DNA of 64,000 nt from Macrostomum hystrix (Eukaryota; Animalia; Platyhelminthes). A program made the position numbers and the translations under genes. Every line of letters begins with the position of its first letter. Position 1 is the stretch's first letter. Where the stretch lies: positions 7,750,001 to 7,814,000 of the forward strand of contig CATNEN010000039.1 in the NCBI GenBank assembly GCA_950097015.1. Direction: 5' to 3'. The notes beneath the pieces are model-generated. The model saw only the letters and a program-made list of their open reading frames with translations. It did no database searches and was not told the origin of the DNA. Of the stretch, positions 24,452 to 37,418 are shown piece by piece.

Positions 24452-27023
24452 AGGCTTCCGGTGGAGGCTTCAACGCTTATCAGCATCTGGCGGCCACAGA
24501 TGAACTGAAAAACTACAACCAAGAGGAGGAGGACGACGAATTCAATCCAGACGAGGAGGGAGAAGAGGCCGGGGCTCTCCGCCTAGAGGAGGACAATGAG
24601 GTTGAAGAAGAATTTGACAATGGCAGCAACAGGACAGAGTTGGCCGGCCTCGCGGATCGCCTCCGGCCAAGACGCGGCCGCGGCGCCTCCGTCGGGGACG
24701 TCATCGGAGCAGCCGCCTCCGCCAGGAATCTGCGTCAGGATAAGAACGAGCTCGTGGCCGAAGGTGAATGCGCTGCAGCTGCTGCCGCTGCGGCGATGCT
24801 TTGGCGGCCGTTCGAATCGGCGTCTATTCAGCAGCAGCAGCAGCAGTTCCAAGGCGCCGACTTGTCAGTATTAGACTCCTTACCTACTGATGTCACTGCG
24901 TGCTCATCGGTACTCAGTCGCGAAATGCAGCAGCGGCAGCAGCAGCAGCAGAAGCAGAAGCCGCGAATTAAAAAGCCTCTGAATGCGTTCATGCTGTACA
25001 TGCGCGATCATCGAGCGGCGGTGGCAGCTCAGCACTCTCTGCGCGAGTCGGCCGCGATTAACAGACTGCTGGGCCGGCTGTGGCAGTCGCTTCCGAGTCA
25101 GGAACAGGCCAGGTGAGGGATGGGAGAATGCCAGGTGAGGGATGGGAGAATGCCAGGTGAGGGATGGGAGAATGCCAGTTGAGGGATGGGAGAATGCCAG
25201 GTGAGGGATGGGAGAATGCCAGGTGAGGGATGGGAGAATGCCAGGTGAGGGATGGGAGAATGCCAGGTGAGGGATGGGAGAATGCCAGGTGAGGGGTGGG
25301 AGAATGCCAGGTGAAGGGATGGGAGAATGCCAGGTGAGCGATGGGAGAATGCCAGGTGAGGGATGGGAGAATGCCAGGTGAGGGATTGGAGAATGCGAGT
25401 GAGGGGTGGGAGAATTCCATATGAGGGATGGAATAATTGCCATGCTTATGTAAAAGGGGCATAGGTATGTGTAAAATAACGAAGTTACGAGCGAAATGGA
25501 TTTAATGAATTCCAGTAAAATTATGGAGACAGGTTTTTTTCCTGTGTGTAAAAGAGGAAAAGTCACTCGATCGATAATATTCTTAATTTGTTCGGTATTC
25601 GCATGTCCTACTTACTCTACTAATAGTGGCAGTAAGGGTAAAATACTTGTTAAATATGTTAAGGTGATGGCGTCGTCTATAAACTACGGGTTGCAGCAGC
25701 GGCAGCTCGGGTTGCAGCAGAGGATGTTCGGGTTGCAGCAGAGGATGCTCGGGTTGCAGCAGAGGATGCTCGGGTTGCAGCAGAGGATGTTCGGGTTGCA
25801 GCAAAGGATGTTCGGGTTGCAGCAGCGGCAGCTCGGGTTGCAGCAGAGGATGTTCGGGTTGCAGCAGAGGCTGCTCGGATTGCAGCAGAGGCAGCTCGGT
25901 GTCCAGGGGCCACGTCTATTTACCTAGCTGTAATTAGTCACCAAAATCAATAACATTAAAGTCTACTAGTAGCTCTCACTGCCGGCAAGCAGGGCCAATT
26001 GAATTGGATCCTGGGTTGGAAGCTGTTGAGTCGGACATCCCGCAAGTTCATCAATTTATGCGAATAATTCCAGATCTTAAGCTGCATCTTGGCTGCAAAT
26101 TTGAAAATCAGCATGCAATTTTTTATTTAATTAACAACAACATTGTGCATCTTCAGGTCTGTTTTAAACGAAAAGACTAAAGACGAGTGAAGATTGCGAG
26201 TGAAAACAATAGCAAATTTTGGGGTTTAATCCAAAGTTTTTTGGTACATTGTTGGTCCGTTAATCGAGAGGCAATGTCTAGGGACGGGCAGATAGGGTTG
26301 CAGTCAATTGTACAGTATTTACAGCCAGCACCCCTCCCTCAGAACACACGGAGAACATGGCCGCGCCACTTTGTTTGAGTTGAGTGTTGAGGTTGGGGGT
26401 ATGAGCTTAAGTGTACGAGCTACAACGCTTCAAGAATCTACAATTTGGAGTCAATGGCGCATTGGTCAATGTGCCAGAGAACAATGTTTTTTTCATTTTT
26501 GGGATATGCAAAAAGTCACTTTTAACTTTAAATTCAGTCTTTACTTAAGCACTTTTGTGTTCTCCACTCTAAATGATTTGCTATGGACACCATTTTTTCT
26601 GTGTAATAGATATCTTTGGATTTACCGCTTTCACCTGGCAGGTACTTTCACTTGGCCCAACTGGAGAAAGAGCGGCATTGTCGCCTGCACCCAAACTGGT
26701 CTGCCAAGGACAACTATGGCTCTTGCAGCGGAGGCGGTGCCGTTGGTGCTGCCAAGTCGGCTGTCAGCCAGAAGCAGCAACAGCAACAGCAGCCGAGGCA
26801 GTTGCTGCGAATTTCTGCTACCCAGCTAACCGAGTCTACATCCGTTGGCAACAAGAAATGTCGCGCTATCTATGGCCTACACCGGCAGGACCTGTGGTGC
26901 CGTCCGTGTAAGCGCAAGAAGCGCTGCTGTCGCTTCGGCGGTGTCGACGGTGGCAGCGGCGCCGCTAACTTAGAGCTAGACGCTGCTGTGCAATCGGCAA
27001 CCAATGACTGTGGCATGGGATGA
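24452..27023 (+). CDS. TCF: TCF/LEF (pangolin-like) HMG-box transcription factor with C-clamp; 5' end tentative
   Basis: Beta-catenin-binding-like motif [16 protein letters not shown]; HMG box [15 protein letters not shown]...[17 protein letters not shown]|[25 protein letters not shown], spliced 25112^26642 (phase 2); C-clamp [25 protein letters not shown]. Possible upstream exons at 21829-21838 and 23513-23594 are unproven. Confidence 0.92.
25108..25420. repeat. Minisatellite, 22-bp unit GCCAGGTGAGGGATGGGAGAAT, containing the TCF exon/intron junction
   Basis: The first unit spans the donor at 25112^25113; about 13 units. Confidence 0.97.
25687..25900. repeat. Minisatellite, 21-bp unit GGGTTGCAGCAGAGGATGYTC
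   Basis: About 10 visible units inside the TCF intron. Confidence 0.95.
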
Positions 27024-27361
27024 TTCTGGTGCTTTTAGCGATGCATGAGCAGGTGAGGTCGTCAGGTCTTTTCGTGGCACCTCCCGATAAGACCCAGTTT
27101 ATTTTAATTATCAACCACTGCTTGCCTTACGCATATCATTTTTGTTAATCTGCCGCTGCCAGTTTGTAGGGCACAAGCCTTTTCTTGTGCAACTCTTGAG
27201 CTTAACTACTGTCTAATTCGTTTTTTTCAGTAGCATGTGACGAGCTTTGGACAAAGTTTTTTTAATCTGCGTGACTCGATAAAAATTGCTTCTTGGCTGC
27301 TTGATGCTTTAATTGAACAATCTATTCAAAATGGTTTATGAGCAATCAATTTATAAAAACA

Positions 27362-28278
27362 CTAGCTTTTTTTGCCCGTTGTTTTTGCGGCAGAAATTTA
27401 AAGCAAAGCAGTAAGCAATTCACGTCTCTGTATTAACTTTATAGTGAAGGTCACCATTTATTTATTTACTGCATTAATGAAAAGTGAAGAGTTTGTTTAA
27501 GGTCGTTTTAAGTAAAAAATAAGTGAAAAGTTTGTCCAAACAGCCCCCTCTTGATTACTTCTTTAGAAACATGTCTCAGCCACTCCTCTATACAGTCAGT
27601 GGCAGATCCAGGAATTTTGTTTTGGGGCGGTCTGTCAGGGGAGCGCCATGAGAATCACAGAGTGGGTGCCAGCGGCCGAAAAAGGGCGCCAGGAGCCAAG
27701 AAAGGGCGCCAGAGGCTGAAAAACGGGAGCCAGCGGCTGAAAAAGGGGCGCCAGCGGCCGAAAAGGGGCGCCAGTGCTGCGACTGGCGCCCCTGGTGGGG
27801 GCATCTTATTCCCATGATTAAAATTTAGGGGAAGGGAGGGGGTGGCTGTAATAAAATTTGGCCCGCAGAGTGGCGGAGGGGAGTTTGGGGTGGCTGTCCT
27901 CGGAAAACAAAAAGTGACTCACTTTGAGATGATGCAGCTTTGCTCTGGATTGAGTAGAGATGTTCAAAATTGACAGCATTGTTGGAAAACATGTAAAGTG
28001 TAAGTGGATCAAATTTGGAGAAAATCTGACAAAGTGGGGCGACGATATGTCGAATTGAGTGATTTTTTGACGATTTTTGAGCAGGTTTTTGCACTTTTGA
28101 GCAGGAAGGAAATGATTTTTCGGGAATTTGAGTAGCCTATTGCACTCAGCGTAGGTGGTTTTAGGTATGTGCAAAGTTTGGTGCGATTTGGTTGAGCGGT
28201 TTCGGCGTCTATAAAGACAAAAGGTTGCACACAGACAGACAGACAGACAGACAGAGTTTTCACTTTTATATATATAGA
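27362..28278 (-). mobile_element. Non-autonomous Helitron-like element with (GACA)n microsatellite
   Basis: On the minus strand it starts A|TCTATATATATAAAAG and ends ...CGGGCAAAAAAAAGCTAG|T: TC...CTAG termini, A^T insertion site, weak subterminal hairpin. (GACA)n at 28230-28255; GC-rich internal insert at ~27597-27810. Confidence 0.7.
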
Positions 28279-29738
28279 TTTTCTACACATATGGACTAAT
28301 TTTGTGTACTGTTAAAACGGTCGAATGCCTGTATTTTTCGCACAGCTTGCCTGTTTATAGTTTCCGATTCGCCTATAGCTTTTTTAAACATTATTACTGC
28401 GCCACTGTTTGAATGATTACTTGATGTTTTTGTACTAGATTAGTCACACAAATGGCTCATTTTGCTAATTACAGTTGTTTAAGCGCATGATTTTTCTTAT
28501 CTATTTTTTAACTTGGCAATTTTGCAACATGTGTGGCTACTGCTGTTTGCTGAATTCATTAATATATAACGCATTTTTGCGTTCGTGTTTTTACGACCTA
28601 AAACATGGAAACACTTTTGATCATGAAATATGTATATATAGAAACTGTTATTTCTTTAGCGTCATTCGAGCCCAACCATGAATATGGGAACACTCCCCGC
28701 TAACTGGCTATTTTATGGGATCAGTTTAACCCATAAATGCAAGAAAAATAGCTGACATGTAAAGAATTACATGTAGTGCGACTAATGCGACAAGTGTACA
28801 ACACGGCAAATCGGAAATTAATTAAATGATAGGACTAAGAATAGGATGAACGATAGAATAGGAGTATAGGATAAAACTCCACGGCGAATCCACATTGGCC
28901 CAAATAGTCCATCTGTGGCAGAGACCTTTGTTCTCAGCCTCCCAGGGTCCCCTTCATCACCGTCTGGACCTTCAAAAAAAGCCATCGCCAGGCAGTGTAC
29001 ACTTTCGCTGTGCCTTGAATGTTGGCCTTCTCTTCGCCCCAAATGAATGTGGCCTCGCCACGGCATTGAGCTCAGGGACCTTGGTGCGAGAGGCAAATGC
29101 GTTAACCTCTAGATTTCATATAGATTTGTTTAGAATGTTTCCCAAACGAGCACAAAAAGCAAAGAGCAATTACTGACTGGTTCTAACTGCTCAGATCTAG
29201 ACCCTATGCTTAAAGCAAGCTAACTCTGGTTCAAACAAGAGCGGAAGAGGCATAGCAACAACGGAGAGCAAGGAAAAATAAAAATCATTGGCGAGAAAGA
29301 ATAATAGGAGAGAAAATTAAAAAAGGAGCTGAAGACGGTACTGGGTTGGCTGGCCCATTGAAAATGACCTCCAACAGTCCACAGTGCTCAGTAAGCAACT
29401 GACGCGCTTGCAGTCTGCAAACAAAGTGAAGCCAATCCGCTTTGAGTGGCACAGTTGCTAAGCGCAGATCGCTTGCCTTTCTTCCCTGCAGTCTCAGTGC
29501 CCAGTGTGGAGTCCCTCTGATCAAACACGAGTATCGGCAGCCAATAAAATCGATCGGTGCGGGTGGGTGCAGCAGTAAAGCTCAGCCAAGGGTTCCAGCC
29601 CGGGTCAACGCGGAGCATGTTAGCAAATAAATGCAGCAGCGATCTCTGATCAGTAGAGAGCTTCTGAAGCCACTCTGACACCGATTGAAGGCATCATTGC
29701 TGGGTTTACTCAGGCTAGCTCCGACAGCCTTGTCAGAC

Positions 29739-32700
29739 ATGGATCCCTTGTCCTTACTGAACCCCGCAGTGGACGACGAGATCAGCGTCGGTGTCCGAGA
29801 GATCCTCAGTGCCAACCTGCGCCACTGCATCCGACTCAACAAGTTGGCCAAGCTAAAGATGGTCGCTGCCAAAGTGACCAAAGAGACTGTCAACTGGCAG
29901 GCCTGCCTCATCTTAGCTATCAATGAGAAGCGGCCGGCGATTGTGAGTTTTCTGGTCCGGGAGCAGAAAGTGCGGCTGCCTTTCTACCACTGGGATGTGG
30001 ATACCTGCGGCTGCAGCGTCTGCAGCAGCATCTCAGCGGATCCGCGCTGCTATCAGGTGAGGACTTGAGCTCAGTTGGTATCATCAAGCCCAATAGTAAC
30101 CTATCAGTCATAAAGGTAGCTTATACTTGTAGCTTAGCCTACTGGTTTTTAATGAAAAAACTCCAGTTATTTTCATAATACACCTATTACTTGACTAGAA
30201 AGTGACTGTAAAATTTACTTAGTCAGTATAGATAGATTTTGACTAGCTGTTGTGCTTCGTGATAAATAAACGAAAATACGAGCCTAATACGAAGATCAGT
30301 TTATTCATAAATGAAGCTTTCTAAAATTCGCTGAAGCAACAAGCTACAGCATTTGATCTACTGCCAATAAGCAAAGCAAAGGTCAACATGCTGAACTTAT
30401 GCTGAGGTTATGCTGAACTGCAGAGGCATTAGTCCTGCAAAAGCAATTAGAAACCACAGAAAAAATTTCATTTCTCAGTTCGATACCGATTGAAGACAAA
30501 GGACACAGAACTCAAGCAAGCAGTCACTTCTATAACTCCTTTAAGCAATATTATTCAGCCGAAAAATATTTACAACAAATATGCAACCCGGGTTTGAGAC
30601 GTACCAAATCCTCGTTTAGACTAGAAAACCATAAGCTAGCTTGCGAAACATTGCGAACTGCGAGACCGAAAACTCCGTATTAGAATAGATTATGTAGTAA
30701 GTGCAAAACGGAAGTTGAAAACGAGATCCACTTCCTATTTAAGTGCAGTTGGAATATGTATAGCGCAGCACGTCCGGATTTTTAAAAGAACGTTTCTGGG
30801 AAAACTCCCAATTTCGCATCCTTAACAGCAGAAGAGAAATCTAACTACAAAATGGCACAAAATGATAGGGAAACCACTGAAGCTTTAGCAAAGTACATCA
30901 TAGAAATCTCTAAAATAAGGGAACAGCTGCCCTGAAGCTATTAACATTTACCGATATACATTTATTTTTTATTCCTGGCGTCCCTTGTGTTTTTGCTGCT
31001 CCTATTTTTAACACCAATTTGCTTTTCCCTTCCCAGCTCAATAGTTAATTCTTACAAAACTTCGCTTTTTTATGTTCGTTTTGGTCGAGTAAAATATTGT
31101 TAGAAAATAGCTCGTATAATAATAAAAGAATCAGCACCCATATATGTCGTGCGCGTTTTAATGATAATAATGATAATGTGAAGAACGTGACAATTTCCTA
31201 TTGCCTTGCAAATACTTTCCAAGAAAAACATTGGCCCGTCCTTCTTCTTCTTAGTGGTCCTTGTTAAAACCGTGCTCTGGCCTTGGATTATACTCGTACG
31301 AGTAAAATTTTACATAAAACTACTTTAGTCCTGAAACGCATATGCTTCGCTTGAACTTTCCATTAGGTCTATGTCCTAGAGGTATTTCCATGCGCAGTGG
31401 CGCCTCTCTATGTGTTCTCGCTCGACGAAGACCCCATGGCCTATTGCCTGAGGATGGCGGCACGGTTGGCCCATGTCAGGATGGCGCTGGTGCGGGAGAA
31501 TATGGTCAAGGCCTACAAACACAGCAAGCGAAACCTCGGAGCCTGCCTCAGTCTCCTGCTGGACCAGACCGCCAGCGATCGGGAGGCCTGTCAGGTGTTA
31601 CTGGACGATGTTGAGGAGGACCTCATCGAGTGTGTCGATCGGTACAGCAAGCACCTGGGTGAGATGCTAGTATCTAAGCGAAATCTAACTGTCTCAATTT
31701 TAGTAACAGCTGCTTTACATTTAGCTAATAAAAATGCTATGAAATTTTTTAGTTGAAGCAAGATGAGCTGGTAGGAAAAAAGCACAAAAATTGATTTTAC
31801 TCTTAGTGAATGCAAGTCACATAAAATACGATTGCTTATTTAATATAAAAAAATTGTACTATTCTGAGCCGTGAATGTGTTGTCTATGGTAATTTTTGGT
31901 GAGATTATTTGACAACAACAACAACAACAAATTATAGCTACCCAGGCTACCGATTTGACAAAAAATATGATATTATATCGTATAATCTCCTCGAAATAAG
32001 GAGCATTATATAGACCTTTGAAGTTAACTTTGAATTCGGCATTTACGCAAATATACCTTTTTGCTTTCTATTTGGGCTTTCTTGCGAGCCATTTGGGTAG
32101 CGCAGGCAGTGGTGAGCGAGACGAAAGCAGGCACTCTGTGCCATAGACAAAGATTGCATTTGCTTCTGAATTCGGCAATTAATTTGGGCCCCTTTGCGAG
32201 CAATTTCGGCCAGGGGCGGCAGTCATAGAAGTCACAACAGTCTGCAACATAATCATACTCTGAACGCGATGCCGCCTCGCGGTCATTACTCGCGCATATC
32301 GGCTGTTGACAGACAGAGGCTGATTGCAGCCTACCAGAATGATGCCGACTGGCGACACCTAGCGCGCATGCTTGGCATCAAGCGCCAGACAGCAGCCAAC
32401 ATCGTCTGCCATTTTTTTGCGCATGACCGAGCAGCCCCACTTCCAAAGGGTGGCGACAAGAGGCGTCGACTGACGGAAGGAATGATTGAGGAGATCGTCG
32501 ACTTCCTGGGATCGCGCCCGACAGCGACGCTGAATCAGATGCAGCTGCGCCTACAGCAGAGTTTTCCCGACGTCGCCATTATATCGCAATCGGCTATCAG
32601 TCGGGCGTTGTATGGTCGTCTCGTCACGCTAAAGTTGGCAAGGGTCAATCCGGTAGAGTGGAACGAGCCCGTGACCAAGGAGGCTCGGCGCATGCATGCA

Positions 32701-35700
32701 GAATGGATGCTGACTGAGGGAGTGCAGCAGCATACGATCTGGCTCGACGAGTTGACTGGGTCAACGAGCTGGCTCCTGCCTGAAAGCTGCTCTGAAGCGC
32801 AGCTTGTCACAACCGGACATTCAGCGCCAAGCCGGTAACCGAGACGCAGCAGCCGCAGCGGGAAGCACGCTACATCAGCAACGACTGCGGATTCTGCAGC
32901 AACTGATCGACACGGCTGTATTCGAGATCACGCCATTCAAATGTCGACTGTGGTGAACCACAGTCTGACCTACATGCAGCGTTGCCTCGAGGCAGCTGAC
33001 ATTACCGAGTGACGTTTTGACATCATCATGTTGACTCCTTTTCAGTCAGTCAGATTGTTTTCCCAAGTTAACATTTTTCCTATTGGTGCTTTCACCTCTT
33101 TGTCTGTTTGTCTGTATGGCTCATGTTCTTCTGCGTTCATAGCGTAGCTTTTAAATGGCCGAAATTGCTCGCAATGGGGCCCAAATTGGTTGCCGAATTC
33201 AGAAGCAAATGCAATCTTTGTCTATGGCACAGAGTGCCTGCTTTCGTCTCGCTCACCACTGCCTGCGCTGCCCAAATGCCTCGCAAGAAAGCCCAAATAG
33301 AAAGCAAAAAGGTATAATAAAAGCCGTTTAATTCACATTCTGTGGTTAGAATGTCCGAGGCTGCGTTTAATGGTCTCGTGTCGAGCGTAGCGAGCCGAGG
33401 ACCATTGATTGCAGCCGAGGATATGCTAACCATAGACTATGATGAATTAAACGGCGTTTATCATATATGAAATTCGATTGCTTATTTTTCGGGGGCATCC
33501 CATCTGATTGATAGACATATAGGTTTAGATCATTTGATTCCGACCATAGACAAAAAATAAATTTCTCACGAAGATACAGTCACGAAGCAGCCAGTCAGTC
33601 AGTGGTGGCAAAACGTAAAAGCCGAATTCAAAGTTCACTTCCATGTTCCATATAATGCTCCTTATTTTGTGGAGATTATACGATAAAACATCCTAGTTTT
33701 TGTCAAATAATCTCAGCGAAAATTACCATAGACGACACATTCCCGGCTCAGAATATTACATTTTTAACGATTAAATAAGCAATCGTATTTTATGTTTTGC
33801 CACCACTGACTGGCTGGCTGCTTCGTGACTGTATCTTCGTGAGAAATTTATTTTTTGTCTATATGGTCGGAATCAAATGATCTAAACCTATATGTCTATC
33901 AATCAGATGGGATGCCCCCGAAAAATAAGCAATCGAATTTCATATATGATAAACGCCGTTTAATTCATCATAGTCTATGGTTAGCATATCCTCGGCTGCA
34001 ATCAATGGTCACGACCACAACTTGCAAATTTTAGGTAGAACGCTGATGTTTGCCCAGTTCCGCTTGAACAAAGCTGTTGTGCACAAAGCTACGCAGACAG
34101 TTGTCGAAGGTCAGTTCTCCAGGGGCTCGGAGTTTCTGGGAGACATGTGGTCTGTCGTCGGGTTTCTCAAGACGTTGCTTGTCTGTGCGTTCGCATTCGC
34201 CATTCTGACGCCTGTCTCAATCATCTTTCCACATCCGCGGCTCATCAGCTTCCTGCGGTCTGCTCGCATTCTCGCTTTAATGGAGGTGATTTCCATTGCA
34301 ACTTACATGGCTCTGGTACTGGTCGGTGCCAATACATCCAGCAACGATGTGCAATCGATTGTATGCACCGACATCAGCGATGCTTACGTTCAACTGCAGA
34401 CCTTCGGTCTGGCCTTTATAGTTGCCAGAATCATCGATGAGGCGTACAACCTCAGCCTAATGTCTGGCCGGCAGTTCTATGTGAGCATGTTTGACTACTT
34501 GCTCAGCGTGAGCCTGGCCCTCCACTTCTCATCGCTATTGTTCCTCATCATCTGGTCGGAGGATGTGAATCGCTTCGGCGTCAGTGTGCCGCAATTTCGG
34601 CAGCGCCTGTGCACCGGCAACCGGTCTGGAATGCCGCTTTGCAACCTGCTGGGTGTGTTGGATAGCTCCGACCTGGCATCGGTCAACATTCTAATGGAGC
34701 CAGTGTTCTATGTCAACTCCGTAACCGCTGTTGGTGAGTTTGGTGAAACTTGAAAATCAACGAAGCCACAATTATTTGAAGCGCAGCTGCTGAGAAAAGG
34801 CATGGGACTTGTCGTGCAATTTATGCCCTTGAGGGCCAACCTCCAAGGCATAGTAAAAGGTGCACTGCCTTACGATGAGAAAGTGCCTGCCTACAGTATC
34901 TGTGTGCGTGTGTGCTCAGGAGTCAGCGAAATGGGCAGAATTGCCTCCTCGCTGGCTGCAGGTCTAGTGTCACCAAATGATGTGCCATTGCCCGCTGCCC
35001 TTTTGAAATGGTTACCATTATCATTATTAAACTTACAAACTGATTTATTGCTAATAAAGTTTGTTAAAGCAAAAACAATGCGGCTTTTATTTTTCAGGCA
35101 ATCTCTTCCTATTCATATCCCTTGGCAACGTGTTCGTCTGGCAGAAGACGATGGGCGTACTGGCCCTCACAGTGCAGAGCATGATGAAGGACGTGGCTAA
35201 ATTCGTTTCTGTACTGTTCATAGTTTTCATTGCTTTCACTACTGCCATGACGAACTTGTACCGAAATTACACATGCGGCACCAGCGCCTTTGGCATCAAA
35301 TTTTCGTCGGTTGCCATCCAGTTCTTCTGGGCTATGTTTGGCATGACTCAGCCAGCTGACTACAGGGTTACCGGTGGAGGCAGCACCTGGGACCAGTACT
35401 TCGCGCCACTGACCGTGATTCAATTCACCGGAGCTCTTGGTGAGCTTCCTTGGCATTTTGTCTATGGGGCCCCCACATTCAGTAGGCACCTGAGCAGGTA
35501 ACTTGTTAAGAAAAGCGTAAACCCTGGTCAAAAGCGGAGTCATCGTCTCCAGCTGATAATAGAAAAATACAAAAATATTTTACATTACAGAGTGATTGTC
35601 TGTAGTCAGTAGCTGTCTCTAGCTTGGTCTATTATTTGTTTACCTGTTTTTAAAGTTAACTTAGCCTCATGTATCGGTCGCCTGCCTAACAGCTAATCCC

Positions 35701-37418
35701 AGGGGGCGAGTGGGTCAGCGGCTAGCGTCGCTGCCTCGCACTCCAAAGGACGCTAGTTCGATTCTCGCTTTAAGTCACGATTAATTTCGGGACTTGTTGG
35801 AGGGTTTGGACAGTAGCGACCGGCGGAGGTGCATCACGCACCATATTTCGTGCAATCAAAGCTTGAAATAATAGCTTCGCTCCTACCTTCTGTGTGCCTG
35901 TTCTGCGTTGCGTGAGTTGTGTGCGTTGGCGCTGTGGCGTGAGACCTTGCGGGGGGTGGCTGGAGGGCGGGTGTACACCGCCGCGCGCTTTCTGGACTTC
36001 CGTCGGCGCGATTGGATAAGTGTACACTATCACCCGGCCCCCCCCTGAGGACTGATTTCTTATCAGCCTTCCGCCCCGGCTTGGTCTGCTCTGTGCGTGC
36101 GGGGCTGGGGTGGGGGACACTGCTGCCTATTCTGGGTGCCTCCTGCCCTCCCCGGCTGGTCTGTGCTGTTGTTTGTGGTGCCTGTTTAGGGGAAGCGGCG
36201 CCATGGGCGCTTAAGCGCCTAGTTCGCCGGTCTGGGGGCGTGCCGCTCCGTCGCTTGTGCGACAAGTGCCCCGGGCCCCCCTGCAAATAGATAGAGATAG
36301 ATAGAGAACAGCTAATCCCTAATCCCTAACAGCTAACTTATAGGAAAGGACGCAGAATTTTGTAGGCCGAATCCAATATTTTAGTTGACTTTTTACTGAA
36401 AACATTCATGCCTATGTTGTCTGAATTTCTCAATGCGAAGTGAAGCGAATATTTAAAACGGAAGTGGCTAGAAATTATAATAAAAACAACCACACAAGCA
36501 AATATCCGTGGTTGGTGGCAGATTCGGTAAATATACTTCGGTTTCCACGGTTTCCAAACAATCATCTTTCCAGACAATATTCATTAAAATTTTCGGCCCT
36601 TTACGATTAACTAACTTTCACAGCCGACCTAAGTCAGCATCGTCGAGATATTCAGCGATTCTTGTCGAAGATTCTGGTGACAAGGACAACTAGCATTGCT
36701 CTGCATGAACGTCTATTGCGAATCCATATTGTTATCATTATATAATCAATACATAATGACATTTTTTAGCAGAAAGATAATGGCTATATAGTTGATTTTC
36801 GCCACCACACACCCGACGAGAATCGTTGAATATCTCGACGATGTCGGTTTTTTAGTGATTCTGGAAGTTGTTTCATCGGAAAGAGTGGCATGTTTTAGCC
36901 CGTATTGAAGGCGGCAAGCAATTCAATTTTCCATTCAAGGATTGACACTGTACGCCAGCTGGATGGTGCTCGGATTCGTCGTGTGCGTCAACCTGCTGAT
37001 CGCGATGCTTGCGGTGACTTTCCAGCAGATCCAGGAGGACAAGGACAACAGCTGGCTGTATGCCAGAACGCGGCGAATGCTGCGCTTCATCATGGTTCAT
37101 CACCATCAGCTGATGCCTCTGCCCGTACCGTACAACGTGGCCAGCCCGCTAGTATTCGCAATGCACCACCTGCTGAACAAAATAATCCCTCATCAGCCGG
37201 ACAACTCGCCGCCCAGTCTCCAAGCGGAGCTCAATAAGAGGGCTGAGCGTCGCTACCTAATGGAAGTCCTGCGCGACCGTGTGGCAGTGGACCTTCGACT
37301 GGAACGGCTGAAGCAACACAAGGTTACGGCGACCTCGGGACAGGAGAATCCCACCGAGCCAGCGGATATTCCAGAGACAGAGGAGGAGGTTCTGGACAGT
37401 GTCTTTGTTGACAATTGA
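29739..37418 (+). CDS. TRPC-like transient receptor potential cation channel, paralogue A (~709 aa)
   Basis: Exons 29739-30056, 31367-31658, 34035-34733, 35098-35439, 36940-37418 total 2130 nt, in frame. TRP_2-like H..CGCSVC, DEDP helix, S5 MMKDVAKF, pore FFWAMFG, S6 VCVNLLIAML, TRP box SWLYAR, LPVPYN. Confidence 0.88.
30407..31177 (+). mobile_element. 5'-truncated 3' fragment of the same LINE as 9084-12144
   Basis: Reverse-complement match to ~9085-9870 with substitutions and indels; ends ...GCGCGTTTTAATGATAATAATGATAAT. Confidence 0.92.
32054..33314 (+). mobile_element. IS630/Tc1/mariner-type DNA transposon with an internally deleted transposase
   Basis: About 160-bp TIRs (32054-32212 and 33156-33314) flanked by TA. 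The ORF from ~32269 has a paired-like HTH and reaches IWLDE (first catalytic D), then loses frame; a C-terminal remnant follows (...MQRCLEAADITE*). Confidence 0.85.
33401..34010. mobile_element. Foldback/MITE-like element with ~220-bp near-identical inverted arms
   Basis: 33401-33620 is the reverse complement of 33788-34010. Confidence 0.85.
34780..35030 (+). mobile_element. SINE family B, 3' part
   Basis: Matches the 18500-18660 body and continues to the ...GGTCTAGTGTCACCAAATGA end with an (ATT)-like tail. Confidence 0.8.
35701..36306 (+). mobile_element. SINE family C, full-length young copy with 13-bp TSD
   Basis: tRNA-like head (GTTCGATTCTC B box), (ATAG/AG) tail, perfect TSD AACAGCTAATCCC at 35688-35700 and 36307-36319. 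Confidence 0.9.
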
